Origin: an uncultured virus (IMG/VR IMGVR_UViG_3300026488_000238)
Lineage: Duplodnaviria > Heunggongvirae > Uroviricota > Caudoviricetes
Length of the DNA: 20,000 nt
IMG/VR virus record: IMGVR_UViG_3300026488_000238
Reading direction: 5' to 3' (one strand)
Positions 1 to 8,397 of this stretch are shown in pieces. Below the pieces are notes generated by a model that saw only the letters and a program-made list of their open reading frames with translations, did no database searches and was not told the DNA's origin. Position numbers and translations under genes: made by a program. Each line of letters starts with the position of its first letter. The stretch's first letter is position 1.

Positions 1-2
1 TT

Positions 3-611
3 AATACGATTGCTGATAAAATTCAAAAACGCCCTAAACTTGTTGCCGCCATGCAAACGGAGATATCAAGAGAACAAATTTTATCAGATGTAGAAAAAGA
101 AGTTGATGTGGCCGCAGAACTGGTCGACGCCGGGCTGGCACATTATGAAAGGGTTATAAATGATTTGGAAAAGAAGCTGAAAGAAAAGGATAAAAAGCTA
201 AAGGAAAAAGACGAGGTAATTAAAGAAAAAGACGAGGCAATCAAAGAAAAAGAAAAGAAACTAAAAAGTGTAGAATTACGATTAAATAAAACGCAACAGG
301 ATCTTTATAAAAGTTTGCAATTGTTAGCTAAACCGATTCTTAATCAATATTTATCTGCAGATGCCGGGCTTAATCAACAAGAAGAATTAATTGCAGCATA
401 TTTTATCGCCAAAAAACGATTATTTTTTGATGATAATGCTCGGGCGTTTTGTCAATTGGTAGAAACAAATTTTAAAAATCTTATAGAAGCGCATAAAGAC
501 ATTGTTTTGCGGGTGCTTGCCGTGAAAATGCCTGAATATTTTGGAAAAGAAGAGAATAATCAAAACGCTATTGAAGACAGCATAAAAGACAATTGGAATT
601 TAAGCAGATAG
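3..611 (+). CDS. Coiled-coil protein of unknown function, probably 5'-truncated by the window edge
   Basis: The frame of ORF 51..611 is open back to base 3 (NTIADKIQKRPKLVAA-M) and no SD precedes ATG 51. Contains heptad repeats KEKDKKL/KEKDEVI/KEKDEAI/KEKEKKL. Confidence 0.8.
   Translation, partial: NTIADKIQKRPKLVAAMQTEISREQILSDVEKEVDVAAELVDAGLAHYERVINDLEKKLKEKDKKLKEKDEVIKEKDEAIKEKEKKLKSVELRLNKTQQDLYKSLQLLAKPILNQYLSADAGLNQQEELIAAYFIAKKRLFFDDNARAFCQLVETNFKNLIEAHKDIVLRVLAVKMPEYFGKEENNQNAIEDSIKDNWNLSR
180..263 (+). repeat. Four imperfect 21-bp in-frame tandem repeats encoding coiled-coil heptads
   Basis: aaagaaaaggataaaaagcta / aaggaaaaagacgaggtaatt / aaagaaaaagacgaggcaatc / aaagaaaaagaaaagaaacta. 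Confidence 0.8.
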
Positions 612-617
612 GGATTT

Positions 618-694
618 TGGTCGGGGTGGTGGGAGTCGAACCCACGCCCCCCTGGTCCCGAACCAGGTGCGCTGCCTTACTGCGCTACACCCCG
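618..694 (-). tRNA. tRNA-Pro(CGG)
   Basis: Reverse complement folds as a cloverleaf: acceptor CGGGGTG/CACCCCG, anticodon arm CCTGG-TTCGGGA-CCAGG, T arm GTGGG-TTCGACT-CCCAC, 3' ACCA encoded. C1-G72 with A73 is the bacterial Pro identity. Confidence 0.97.
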
Positions 695-701
695 AACACA
701 T

Positions 702-778
702 TGGAGCCCAGAGCGGGACTCGAACCCGCGCCCTGGTGATTACGAATCACCCGCTCTTCCTCACTGAGCTATCTGGGC
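702..778 (-). tRNA. tRNA-Thr(CGT)
   Basis: Acceptor GCCCAGA/TCTGGGC, anticodon arm GGTGA-TTCGTAA-TCACC, T arm GCGGG-TTCGAGT-CCCGC, 3' TCCA encoded. Confidence 0.97.
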
Positions 779-784
779 ATTTAT

Positions 785-877
785 TGGCGGAGCGGGAGGG
801 ATTCGAACCCTCGGAACAGCTTTGAACTGTTCACCCGCTTAGCAGGCGGGCACCTTTGGCCTCTCGGTCACCGCTCC
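785..877 (-). tRNA. tRNA-Ser(GCT)
   Basis: Acceptor GGAGCGG/CCGCTCC, anticodon arm CCCGC-CTGCTAA-GCGGG, long variable arm GAACAGTT-CAA-AGCTGTTC, T arm GAGGG-TTCGAAT-CCCTC, G discriminator plus CCA. Confidence 0.97.
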
Positions 878-892
878 GTCTTGCTCACAATA

Positions 893-921
893 ATTATACC
901 ACATAATGCTAGTGAATGCTA
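893..921 (-). promoter_or_regulatory. Sigma70/SigA-type extended -10 promoter for the tRNA cluster
   Basis: Minus strand TGTGG-TATAAT (893..903), 15 nt upstream of tRNA-Ser; only a weak -35 (TAGCAT) at 17-nt spacing. Confidence 0.7.
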
Positions 922-953
922 TATTGTTTTTGTATTATTAAAGTTTTAAGGTA

Positions 954-983
954 ATGAAAACATATGTTGTGCAAAAGTATAAT
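954..983 (+). promoter_or_regulatory. Putative sigma70/SigA promoter for the plus-strand operon
   Basis: ATGAAA (954..959), 18 nt, then perfect TATAAT (978..983), followed by SD AAGGAGG (1008..1014). Confidence 0.5.
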
Positions 984-1022
984 TACAGTGAAAAAAGATA
1001 AAATTTTAAGGAGGGATTAAAG

Positions 1023-2243
1023 TTGGACCATCGCTTGTATATACCATTATCGCACAGAGGAAAAGTATGGCAAAGTGCTTTCGTATATCCGACTGATGAA
1101 GAAGATGCATTGGTAGTATCAGGTTTTCTTAAAATTCAGCCTATGATTCGAATGTATTCTTATGGCTTTTTATTTTTCATAAAAGTGCCGAGAGGAGATA
1201 TTTTTAGCGGTGGTATAGGAAATTCTTATAAATACGCAGTATTAACGTATTATGTGCCAGTAATAACGTTAATTCCTGTTGCTTCAAACATTTCCATGGC
1301 GGGGCATATGATAGGCATACTAACATATGAAAGTCTTAACAATTATATGATTTTTAGGGTGCAAGGAGTTACGCCTGCGTCTGTATTAGCCTTCACTGCC
1401 GCAGCAAATAAATATGCAGAAGTGCCGTTAAATTATAAGCCTTTACAATACAGTGGGGCAGAGAAAATTATTGCAATGCCAGCGTATGTAACAATTTTGC
1501 GCACATTAAACTCTAATGTAATTCCGGCCATTTCACAATTTGCTGAAGAAGTTGGTTATTTTCAAAAACCTACTGCGTCCACATCCTATCCAACATTTCT
1601 TTCTAAATCGTCGTTTATTTTACTATCTGCATTAGCCGGGTCAGTATCACCAGATGAAACACCTTATCAAACGTCTATCTATTATTATTTTTCTGATAGG
1701 CCGCGTGATATTGATGATTTGCATCCGTATGAATTAACAAAGCGCATACTGCCTATAGGCTCACAAAGCGGAGATCCTGCTACATGGCCTTATGTAGACG
1801 GTATTAATACGGATAAAATTTTAAACGATATTTATACATTGTATTTTGCGATTACAAAGCCGCTCAATGATGGTAGAGACATGTTAAAAATGATTTTCTG
1901 GGGCGCTGTTGATGAAGGAACTTTACGGAAAACAAAAGAAATGTTAGACGAAGTGCTTGCATCTGGCCCAGCTCAATCTAAAAAATCTGTTAAAAAAGTA
2001 GATCCATTTATTGCGGCTTCTAAAAACTTCAATATTCTACGAGATCACGGCGCTTTGGCGTTTCAATTTAATCCTTATCTGCTGTTTTCTTCAATGATAA
2101 CACCAACTTTTGGCAATGTAATAAAAATGTACACAAATAGCAAAGATACTTTTTATTTACCTTTATATCCAAGCGACATTAAAGTGAGGGCGATATCTCA
2201 AAATGTACCGGAAGAGTTTCGTGATGTTTACAGAACAACATAA
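1023..2243 (+). CDS. Hypothetical protein, 406 aa
   Basis: Long ORF with TTG start 8 nt after AAGGAGG; no recognisable motif. Confidence 0.85.
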   Translation: MDHRLYIPLSHRGKVWQSAFVYPTDEEDALVVSGFLKIQPMIRMYSYGFLFFIKVPRGDIFSGGIGNSYKYAVLTYYVPVITLIPVASNISMAGHMIGILTYESLNNYMIFRVQGVTPASVLAFTAAANKYAEVPLNYKPLQYSGAEKIIAMPAYVTILRTLNSNVIPAISQFAEEVGYFQKPTASTSYPTFLSKSSFILLSALAGSVSPDETPYQTSIYYYFSDRPRDIDDLHPYELTKRILPIGSQSGDPATWPYVDGINTDKILNDIYTLYFAITKPLNDGRDMLKMIFWGAVDEGTLRKTKEMLDEVLASGPAQSKKSVKKVDPFIAASKNFNILRDHGALAFQFNPYLLFSSMITPTFGNVIKMYTNSKDTFYLPLYPSDIKVRAISQNVPEEFRDVYRTT

Positions 2244-2266
2244 AAAAGGTGGTGATTATGTAAGCC

Positions 2267-5200
2267 ATGGATATAAAAACCGTAATAGGAGAGCCATTTA
2301 TTAAAGCCATAAAAGTATGGTGGTATTTATGGCAGCACACGTTTGGGATTCCGAGTGTTGGTAACGTAACAGACCATTTGCCATCGGTAAATATTGGTAA
2401 CACGCAAACGGCGCTAATACTAATATTAAAAGGTTTGTTATTTTTAGTTTTGCTGTGGTTGGCATGGAAAGTTATTAGTTTTATATGGTTTGAAATGTAT
2501 GACGCACGCCCAAAGGTATGGTTTAAAATTATTCCTGCTGCCAAAGCTACATTTCAAGTAGACATGGTAAAAAGGCTAATAAATACTTCGTATCAATTAG
2601 CAGTGCCTGACAGTGCTTCGTGGTGGGATTATATTAAATATCGCATAGTACCGCCGCCATCAATTACGTGGCAATACACACCGCTGGGCATTTATCTGGG
2701 CGTGCCAAAAGAATACGAGCATACATTTACAGAAGTGCTTGAAGAAATGAGCGCTGGCAATAAAAAATTCGCATATGTCAAATATATGTTTCAGCCTTAT
2801 GACATGAAAAATGTAGCGCTTGTGAAACTGAAAAAAATCGTATTAGAGCAAGATTCAGTAAAGATTGAAGACTGGAGCGTATCTGATGAAGCAGTTGAGG
2901 GAACTCCACAAAGTAGACTAGAAAAGGGTATTGATACTGTTATTGATCCGGCCTCTCAGTTGTTGCATTATGCCGTTAAAACTGGTGAAGCGATGCAAAT
3001 TACTTTTAGGCCTTTGTGGAAAACCTCTATTTGGACAAGAAAAAGTAAAGGTAAATTCTTATTAAAAATAAGATATCGAGGGCGTGATATTGTATCGCAA
3101 TTGCCGCCGGTTGCTGAGTTTACTACTACAATGAGGGTGCCAATTCTTGGTAAATTATGGGATTTTCGCGCATATAACGGCGCTGTTGGCAGTATTTTTG
3201 AGCCAGCTGTTATATTGCCTTCTGAAAATGAGTTGGCTACTTTTATGTTATTCCCGGCAAACGCTTCGACGGTGGCCACTGAATCAGAAGAGGCTAATTT
3301 ACCGTTTGCATCTTTAGATTACTTTTTCTTTAAGTATCTTGGAAAAATACCAAAGCGTAAATTAGCACGCAGTAAGATGGCTGTTAAACTTATTAAGAAA
3401 ATGTATCAGGATTTAACTGATTTTATAGAGGCCCCTTCTATATATGACGAAGAAATAAAAGGATTACCAAAGGGAAACGCTCTAATTGACATGTTAATGA
3501 ATGATATGACAAAAGATTATCAAAAATATATAAGCACCCATTCCACCATTCCAAAGAAAGTAAAAGAATTACCGCTCTATAAGCGCCTTCCTAATGAAAA
3601 AGTAATTGTTAATATTCCAAAGGTGTTGAAAAAAGTAGAAAAAGCATTACAAAAGAAGCGTTTAAGTGAAAAAGAGGCGAGTAAATTAGCATTTTTAATG
3701 GCTACGATAAAAACTAAGATCGTTGAGCATCCAACGCCTAATTTGTTAACAGAACTAGCGTTTACGTCTCCGCCGGGCAAGCCAGATGATGCCTCTACAA
3801 AAGCAGCCATAAAAGTCGGTTATGCGCTAAATAAAGGTGAAATTACTGATGTTGGCATACTTCGCTATTCGCCCAATAAAAAGTATGTAAAACAGTTCAC
3901 TGATTCAAAAGGTAAAGTTATTACTATTCAATCTAACGCTGACACAGTAAGGGCTCCTCATATTCATGTTATAGGTGCTACCGGTTCAGGTAAGTCAGCA
4001 TTTCTTAAGGCTTTTTCAATAGAGGCATTATATAAAGGCTCCACTGTTATTTTATTAGAGCCACACAATGACATGTCTATTGATATTTACAATTATGCGC
4101 CGGATTTTACAGATCCAGTGTTTCTTATGCCTGGTTATCGTGGTTTGCGCCTATTGCCAAAAGTAGATTTAACAGATCCAAATATTCATCAGAACTATGA
4201 TGCAATTATTAACATTATTATTCAAGGCTTCAGAGGTTTCTTTGCGACGAGAGAAAGATCTGGTAGTCCTGTAACAATGTGGTCTAAGAATGTAGAAGAC
4301 GCAATATCTGCAGCATTTCAAACGGTGGGCTTATTAGATAATCCTACTGTTGATGATTTAATTAGCGTGTTAGTTGATGTTGATTATCGTCAACAAATTC
4401 TTACGCATGCTGCGCAGGATTATCGCTTACGTCCGATAGTGCAAAATATTCAAGAAAAAATGTATGCATTAGAGGGGATATTTAACACTAAAGGAGAACA
4501 TGCAGCAGCCTTAAGAGCTAGTATTTTAGGTAAATTAGAAACACTTAAAAGGACAGACACTCATAAGCAATTCTTAGTTGGTGATTTTGATTTTGATGAA
4601 ATATTCTTCACGCCGCAGCCCAGGCTTGTTGCTATTACATTTCCTTTACAATTTGACAGCGAATACATTATGCTTGTATCGTCTTTTATTTTCTCCAAAA
4701 TAACACAATATGCTTATAAACGCAAAGATTGGGTAGAAAATGATTGGCCTTTAATTTACTTTGTAATAGATGAGGCGCGCTCTATGTTTTCTTCGCCTTT
4801 GTTGCTTAGTAAAATGTTAAATGAGTTGCGTAAGTTCGGCGTAGGCATTGTAGTTTCTCACCAGAGCTTTGCGCAATTTGGCATAGAAAAAGATGCATTT
4901 GCTGCGGCGATGTCTGCTGCTCCACAAAGAATTATTCTTAATGTTGATTCTAAAGAAGATGTCGAACAATTGCGTAGTGTTTTAAAGGACAATATTAACA
5001 TGCTTGGAACGTTAGCAGTAGGAGACTATTTACATGTTCACAAAACAGTCTATAGAGCGCATGCGTATTGGTATAAAGATAGATTCCCCAAATTGCGTGA
5101 TTTACAGCTTGACGATGTACAAATGCGCATACCGCTTGATATTCTTGGCGCGCGTGTATTTTTCCCATCTGTATTAGAGGAAGCTAATGTTGTCATTGAT

Positions 5201-5839
5201 ACAGAGCCGTATTATACAAAATTGTATGGATGGAATAAATTAGCTGTTCCTAAGCAAATAGAAGAGGAGTGGGACAAATATACAGAGGACGTTCTTTATC
5301 CAGAAGCAGCCCCAATTTCTCTCATTCATCTTGGATTAATAGCTAGCAACAAGAAAAATCCATGGTGGCTTGAAAAGTTTGGCTTTGCTTACCTACAACG
5401 CCGAGACAGATTAGATACGAAAAATAAAGAATATACTGATATTATGAAAGAGCCAATTCTCTTTGGACAAGTGCATGATGACTTAATATTAGTAGTGCCG
5501 CTAATTAAAGACAATGTGCGCCCTGATGACGATATATTTGATAATCTCAAGTCATTATTGACAATGCTTGTGTCTAGTTCTAAATTCCAGTATGCCTTAT
5601 TCCCTATTACACCGGAAGATGTTATCCAAAATGTAGAAACAAAGAGATTACAAATTTATATTTATGTTGGGCGTACTAAATCAGTTACGGAAACCGAATT
5701 TAATAATTTCTTAAAACGCATTATAGTTAATGTAGATGCCACGAGCAAGACAATGAGGCGACAAGGCAAACGTCCTGAAGATGTTTTACATGTTATACCG
5801 TTGCCGACGGAAAAAGAATTATTTAAAAAGGGGGAATGA
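2267..5839 (+). CDS. Membrane-anchored VirD4/TraD (coupling protein)-like ATPase of the HerA/FtsK superfamily, 1190 aa
   Basis: N-terminal hydrophobic helix (ALILILKGLLFLVLLWLAW); Walker A HIHVIGATGSGKS (3974..3997) followed by VILLEPHND; Walker B IYFVIDEAR; downstream ELRKFGVGIVVSHQSFAQF, the R-K...hhhQ motif of this superfamily. SD AGGTGGTGA upstream. Confidence 0.85.
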   Translation: MDIKTVIGEPFIKAIKVWWYLWQHTFGIPSVGNVTDHLPSVNIGNTQTALILILKGLLFLVLLWLAWKVISFIWFEMYDARPKVWFKIIPAAKATFQVDMVKRLINTSYQLAVPDSASWWDYIKYRIVPPPSITWQYTPLGIYLGVPKEYEHTFTEVLEEMSAGNKKFAYVKYMFQPYDMKNVALVKLKKIVLEQDSVKIEDWSVSDEAVEGTPQSRLEKGIDTVIDPASQLLHYAVKTGEAMQITFRPLWKTSIWTRKSKGKFLLKIRYRGRDIVSQLPPVAEFTTTMRVPILGKLWDFRAYNGAVGSIFEPAVILPSENELATFMLFPANASTVATESEEANLPFASLDYFFFKYLGKIPKRKLARSKMAVKLIKKMYQDLTDFIEAPSIYDEEIKGLPKGNALIDMLMNDMTKDYQKYISTHSTIPKKVKELPLYKRLPNEKVIVNIPKVLKKVEKALQKKRLSEKEASKLAFLMATIKTKIVEHPTPNLLTELAFTSPPGKPDDASTKAAIKVGYALNKGEITDVGILRYSPNKKYVKQFTDSKGKVITIQSNADTVRAPHIHVIGATGSGKSAFLKAFSIEALYKGSTVILLEPHNDMSIDIYNYAPDFTDPVFLMPGYRGLRLLPKVDLTDPNIHQNYDAIINIIIQGFRGFFATRERSGSPVTMWSKNVEDAISAAFQTVGLLDNPTVDDLISVLVDVDYRQQILTHAAQDYRLRPIVQNIQEKMYALEGIFNTKGEHAAALRASILGKLETLKRTDTHKQFLVGDFDFDEIFFTPQPRLVAITFPLQFDSEYIMLVSSFIFSKITQYAYKRKDWVENDWPLIYFVIDEARSMFSSPLLLSKMLNELRKFGVGIVVSHQSFAQFGIEKDAFAAAMSAAPQRIILNVDSKEDVEQLRSVLKDNINMLGTLAVGDYLHVHKTVYRAHAYWYKDRFPKLRDLQLDDVQMRIPLDILGARVFFPSVLEEANVVIDTEPYYTKLYGWNKLAVPKQIEEEWDKYTEDVLYPEAAPISLIHLGLIASNKKNPWWLEKFGFAYLQRRDRLDTKNKEYTDIMKEPILFGQVHDDLILVVPLIKDNVRPDDDIFDNLKSLLTMLVSSSKFQYALFPITPEDVIQNVETKRLQIYIYVGRTKSVTETEFNNFLKRIIVNVDATSKTMRRQGKRPEDVLHVIPLPTEKELFKKGE

Positions 5840-5845
5840 GATGAA

Positions 5846-7540
5846 ATGAGCGTATTTTTCATAGATAAAAAGGCGTATAATCAATTACATCGTGATCCGG
5901 ATTTTCAAGGTGTTGATTTGGTTGTTGTAAAAAAGTGGGATGTAAGCGTTACGGCGCAAAATATTATTGATTATCTTGAAGAAAAGGGTGGTCTATTGCC
6001 GGAAACGATAGAAAAGATTAATAATATTGTTGTTGCCGGCTATAACATGCCTGAAGGTTTTGATTCCGATGTAGTATTAGCTTTGCGCGATACCATAACA
6101 GATGAAGAATTATATCAAGTATTAGTAGATCACTTATTTTTTGAGTCTATTCCATCCAATTATAAAGCAAGCAGTATTTTGATTTCTTACACATACAGCT
6201 CGGCGTTTGTAGAAGAATTGCAAGAACTATCATTTCAAGAGGAATTTAGTGATATTACAGATATTGTAGATACGGTTGCTGACCTTGCAGAAGACAAAAA
6301 AGTTAAGCAAACTGTTAAGAAATTGCGCAAAGTTAGTAAGAAAAAGCAACCTAAGAAAAAGAAAGCAAAGAAAAAGACTGCGCAGAAATATGATGTTTAT
6401 CTCTTGCCACAACACAGTTATTTAAATGGCCGATTATTTAACTATCAAACATTCATAATAGAAGATAGTTATGACAATATCATTTATAATCTTAGATTAC
6501 GCAAAGGAACATTTAAGAGTTTGTCTGAAACGGCAACATATGCAATTATTACTCCATATCAAAACAAATTTGTTGTTGTTATTCCTGAAGTCACTGATAA
6601 GAAATTGTTATCAGATCATAAAATTTCAGTTCCTTTTATGTATTTCTTAACTAAAGAAGAATCTGAAAGTGCTAAAGGTTACATTATTGTAGAAAAATCG
6701 CACTCTTCTGCGGCTTCGGCTTATGACATGACATTTATAAGCAAAGTAGGCGATTATGTGGTTTACTTTGATATTGCATATAAATTAAGCACATCCAATC
6801 CTTTTACTAGTATTGATGAATATTTGGCAAATCTTCCCTCTCAAAACATTGAAATTGTTTTAACAGATCCACAGTCGCGTAGTGCGATAGCAAACGCTTT
6901 ACAAAGCAAAAATACGCCGCCGCAATTAAAGGGTGCCACAGTAAAGATGCTTGACGATTATGATGGGATTATTTTAAAAGAGTCGTCTGTTTCAACAACC
7001 TTTGATAAGCCTTATCTTGCTTCAGATGTGCCATCGTTTAAGAAAGTTGGTAAATTTGACTTAAAAACATTCATATATAGTGACGCGGTTTACTCTGATA
7101 CTATTAGCGCTTTGAAGAGTGCAATTGTTATTTTACTTGTTGCTGGAATTATGTCTGGCTTTTCATTTGCGGCGGATAATGTAAGAACAAGATTAGATCA
7201 ATATAAATCTTATCTATCGCAACAATATTATGCAGTGCAGCAATCGCCAGTTGTGCAAAACATAAATGAATTACAGCAATATTTGCAAACAGTAAACTTT
7301 GATCAATCAACATCAATAGTAATTAAAAGAATGTATGAATTATTTGGCACAAATCTTCGCAGGCTAGTATATTCGCCGAAAGATAAAGAAATTATTATTG
7401 AGTTATCTACAATTTCAGGCCTATCGCCGACAGATTATATTATGACGCTGATGAAATCTGATATTGTTGATTATATTCAGCCGCCAAAAACTCTTAGCTC
7501 AGGCGAAGGCACTATCAGGCTTATGATTAAGTTGAAATAA
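5846..7540 (+). CDS. Bitopic membrane protein with PilM-PilN fusion / GspL-like architecture (tentative), 564 aa
   Basis: About 425-aa soluble N-terminus, single TM (AIVILLVAGIMSGFSFAA), Q/Y-rich coiled coil, then a short alpha/beta C-terminal domain. First in a cluster with T4P ATPases. The ORF is secure; the function rests on architecture only. Confidence 0.5.
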   Translation: MSVFFIDKKAYNQLHRDPDFQGVDLVVVKKWDVSVTAQNIIDYLEEKGGLLPETIEKINNIVVAGYNMPEGFDSDVVLALRDTITDEELYQVLVDHLFFESIPSNYKASSILISYTYSSAFVEELQELSFQEEFSDITDIVDTVADLAEDKKVKQTVKKLRKVSKKKQPKKKKAKKKTAQKYDVYLLPQHSYLNGRLFNYQTFIIEDSYDNIIYNLRLRKGTFKSLSETATYAIITPYQNKFVVVIPEVTDKKLLSDHKISVPFMYFLTKEESESAKGYIIVEKSHSSAASAYDMTFISKVGDYVVYFDIAYKLSTSNPFTSIDEYLANLPSQNIEIVLTDPQSRSAIANALQSKNTPPQLKGATVKMLDDYDGIILKESSVSTTFDKPYLASDVPSFKKVGKFDLKTFIYSDAVYSDTISALKSAIVILLVAGIMSGFSFAADNVRTRLDQYKSYLSQQYYAVQQSPVVQNINELQQYLQTVNFDQSTSIVIKRMYELFGTNLRRLVYSPKDKEIIIELSTISGLSPTDYIMTLMKSDIVDYIQPPKTLSSGEGTIRLMIKLK

Positions 7541-7560
7541 AGAGAAGGGGTGATGGAATA

Positions 7561-8397
7561 GTGTGGAATATAATTATTCTGATAATAATCGGCATTTACG
7601 CATGGGTGATGGTGTCAAATGTTTATAAACACTATGGGCGATTATCCACCGCAATTATAGTAACATTTCCCGCATTAGCTGCATTGATTATTCTGTATAT
7701 GTTTACAGCGCCATTTATAACTAACACTTTTGATTCGATTAAAATAAATCATGAAAGTTATGCATTAAGAGAACAGATTGAACAACAGATACAGACTGCG
7801 CTTAACGATGTTAATAATAGAATAACCACTAATGATTTGGAAAAATTAAAGAATTATATAGTTTTTTCAGAAGGGGCTTATTTCAGAGTTGGTTATATCT
7901 TTGATAAATTAAATATCACATCTGGACAAATTGATTTCGCGCCGGCAAAGAGAAAGCAAGTAGTTGGTGATATATATCAACACACAATTGGTTATAGCGA
8001 TCAATCTGATAGCATTGTTAGTAACGGTGGAAATCCTGGGATTTTAGACGTGATACAGAGATTGTCAAAGTTCTTTATTGTTGATAATGTTAGCATTGTA
8101 GGGCGTGAAACTTACTTATATATGTGTCCCGGACGCGAAGGTTGGTCAATTGTGCCTTGTAAGAATCCGATAGATAGAAAAACCGTTTTTACTTGGAATT
8201 ATTCGCTAAAATTACTGCAATACGAATATGGTAAGGACCCAAATATCAAAAATGTAGATGTAGACGTATATAACATGAGTGGCGATAAAATAGATGGGCC
8301 AATTAAACTTTCAGATGCCCTTGAAAAATATGGACAAATTGGTGGAGTTGTCATTGTAAAAGCACACAAGGAGGCGGTAAATAATGGGCAAAAATAG
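7561..8397 (+). CDS. Membrane protein, possible PilO/GspM-like alignment component, 278 aa
   Basis: GTG start after GAAGGGGTGA; two N-terminal hydrophobic helices, coiled coil (LREQIEQQIQTALNDVNNRI), soluble domain with a Cys pair CPGREGWSIVPC. Follows the PilN-like gene. Confidence 0.4.
   Translation: MWNIIILIIIGIYAWVMVSNVYKHYGRLSTAIIVTFPALAALIILYMFTAPFITNTFDSIKINHESYALREQIEQQIQTALNDVNNRITTNDLEKLKNYIVFSEGAYFRVGYIFDKLNITSGQIDFAPAKRKQVVGDIYQHTIGYSDQSDSIVSNGGNPGILDVIQRLSKFFIVDNVSIVGRETYLYMCPGREGWSIVPCKNPIDRKTVFTWNYSLKLLQYEYGKDPNIKNVDVDVYNMSGDKIDGPIKLSDALEKYGQIGGVVIVKAHKEAVNNGQK

Noticed and set aside
785..877. Long-armed tRNA as tRNA-Sec or a suppressor
   Set aside because: Anticodon is GCT with a normal 7-bp acceptor stem: an ordinary class II tRNA-Ser.
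2267..5839. Calling the large ATPase VirB4 or FtsK
   Set aside because: The N-terminal TM and HIHVIGATGSGKS / LEPHND / ELRKFG motifs fit VirD4/TraD-HerA-like proteins better. Subfamily cannot be fixed without a phylogeny, so no gene symbol is given.
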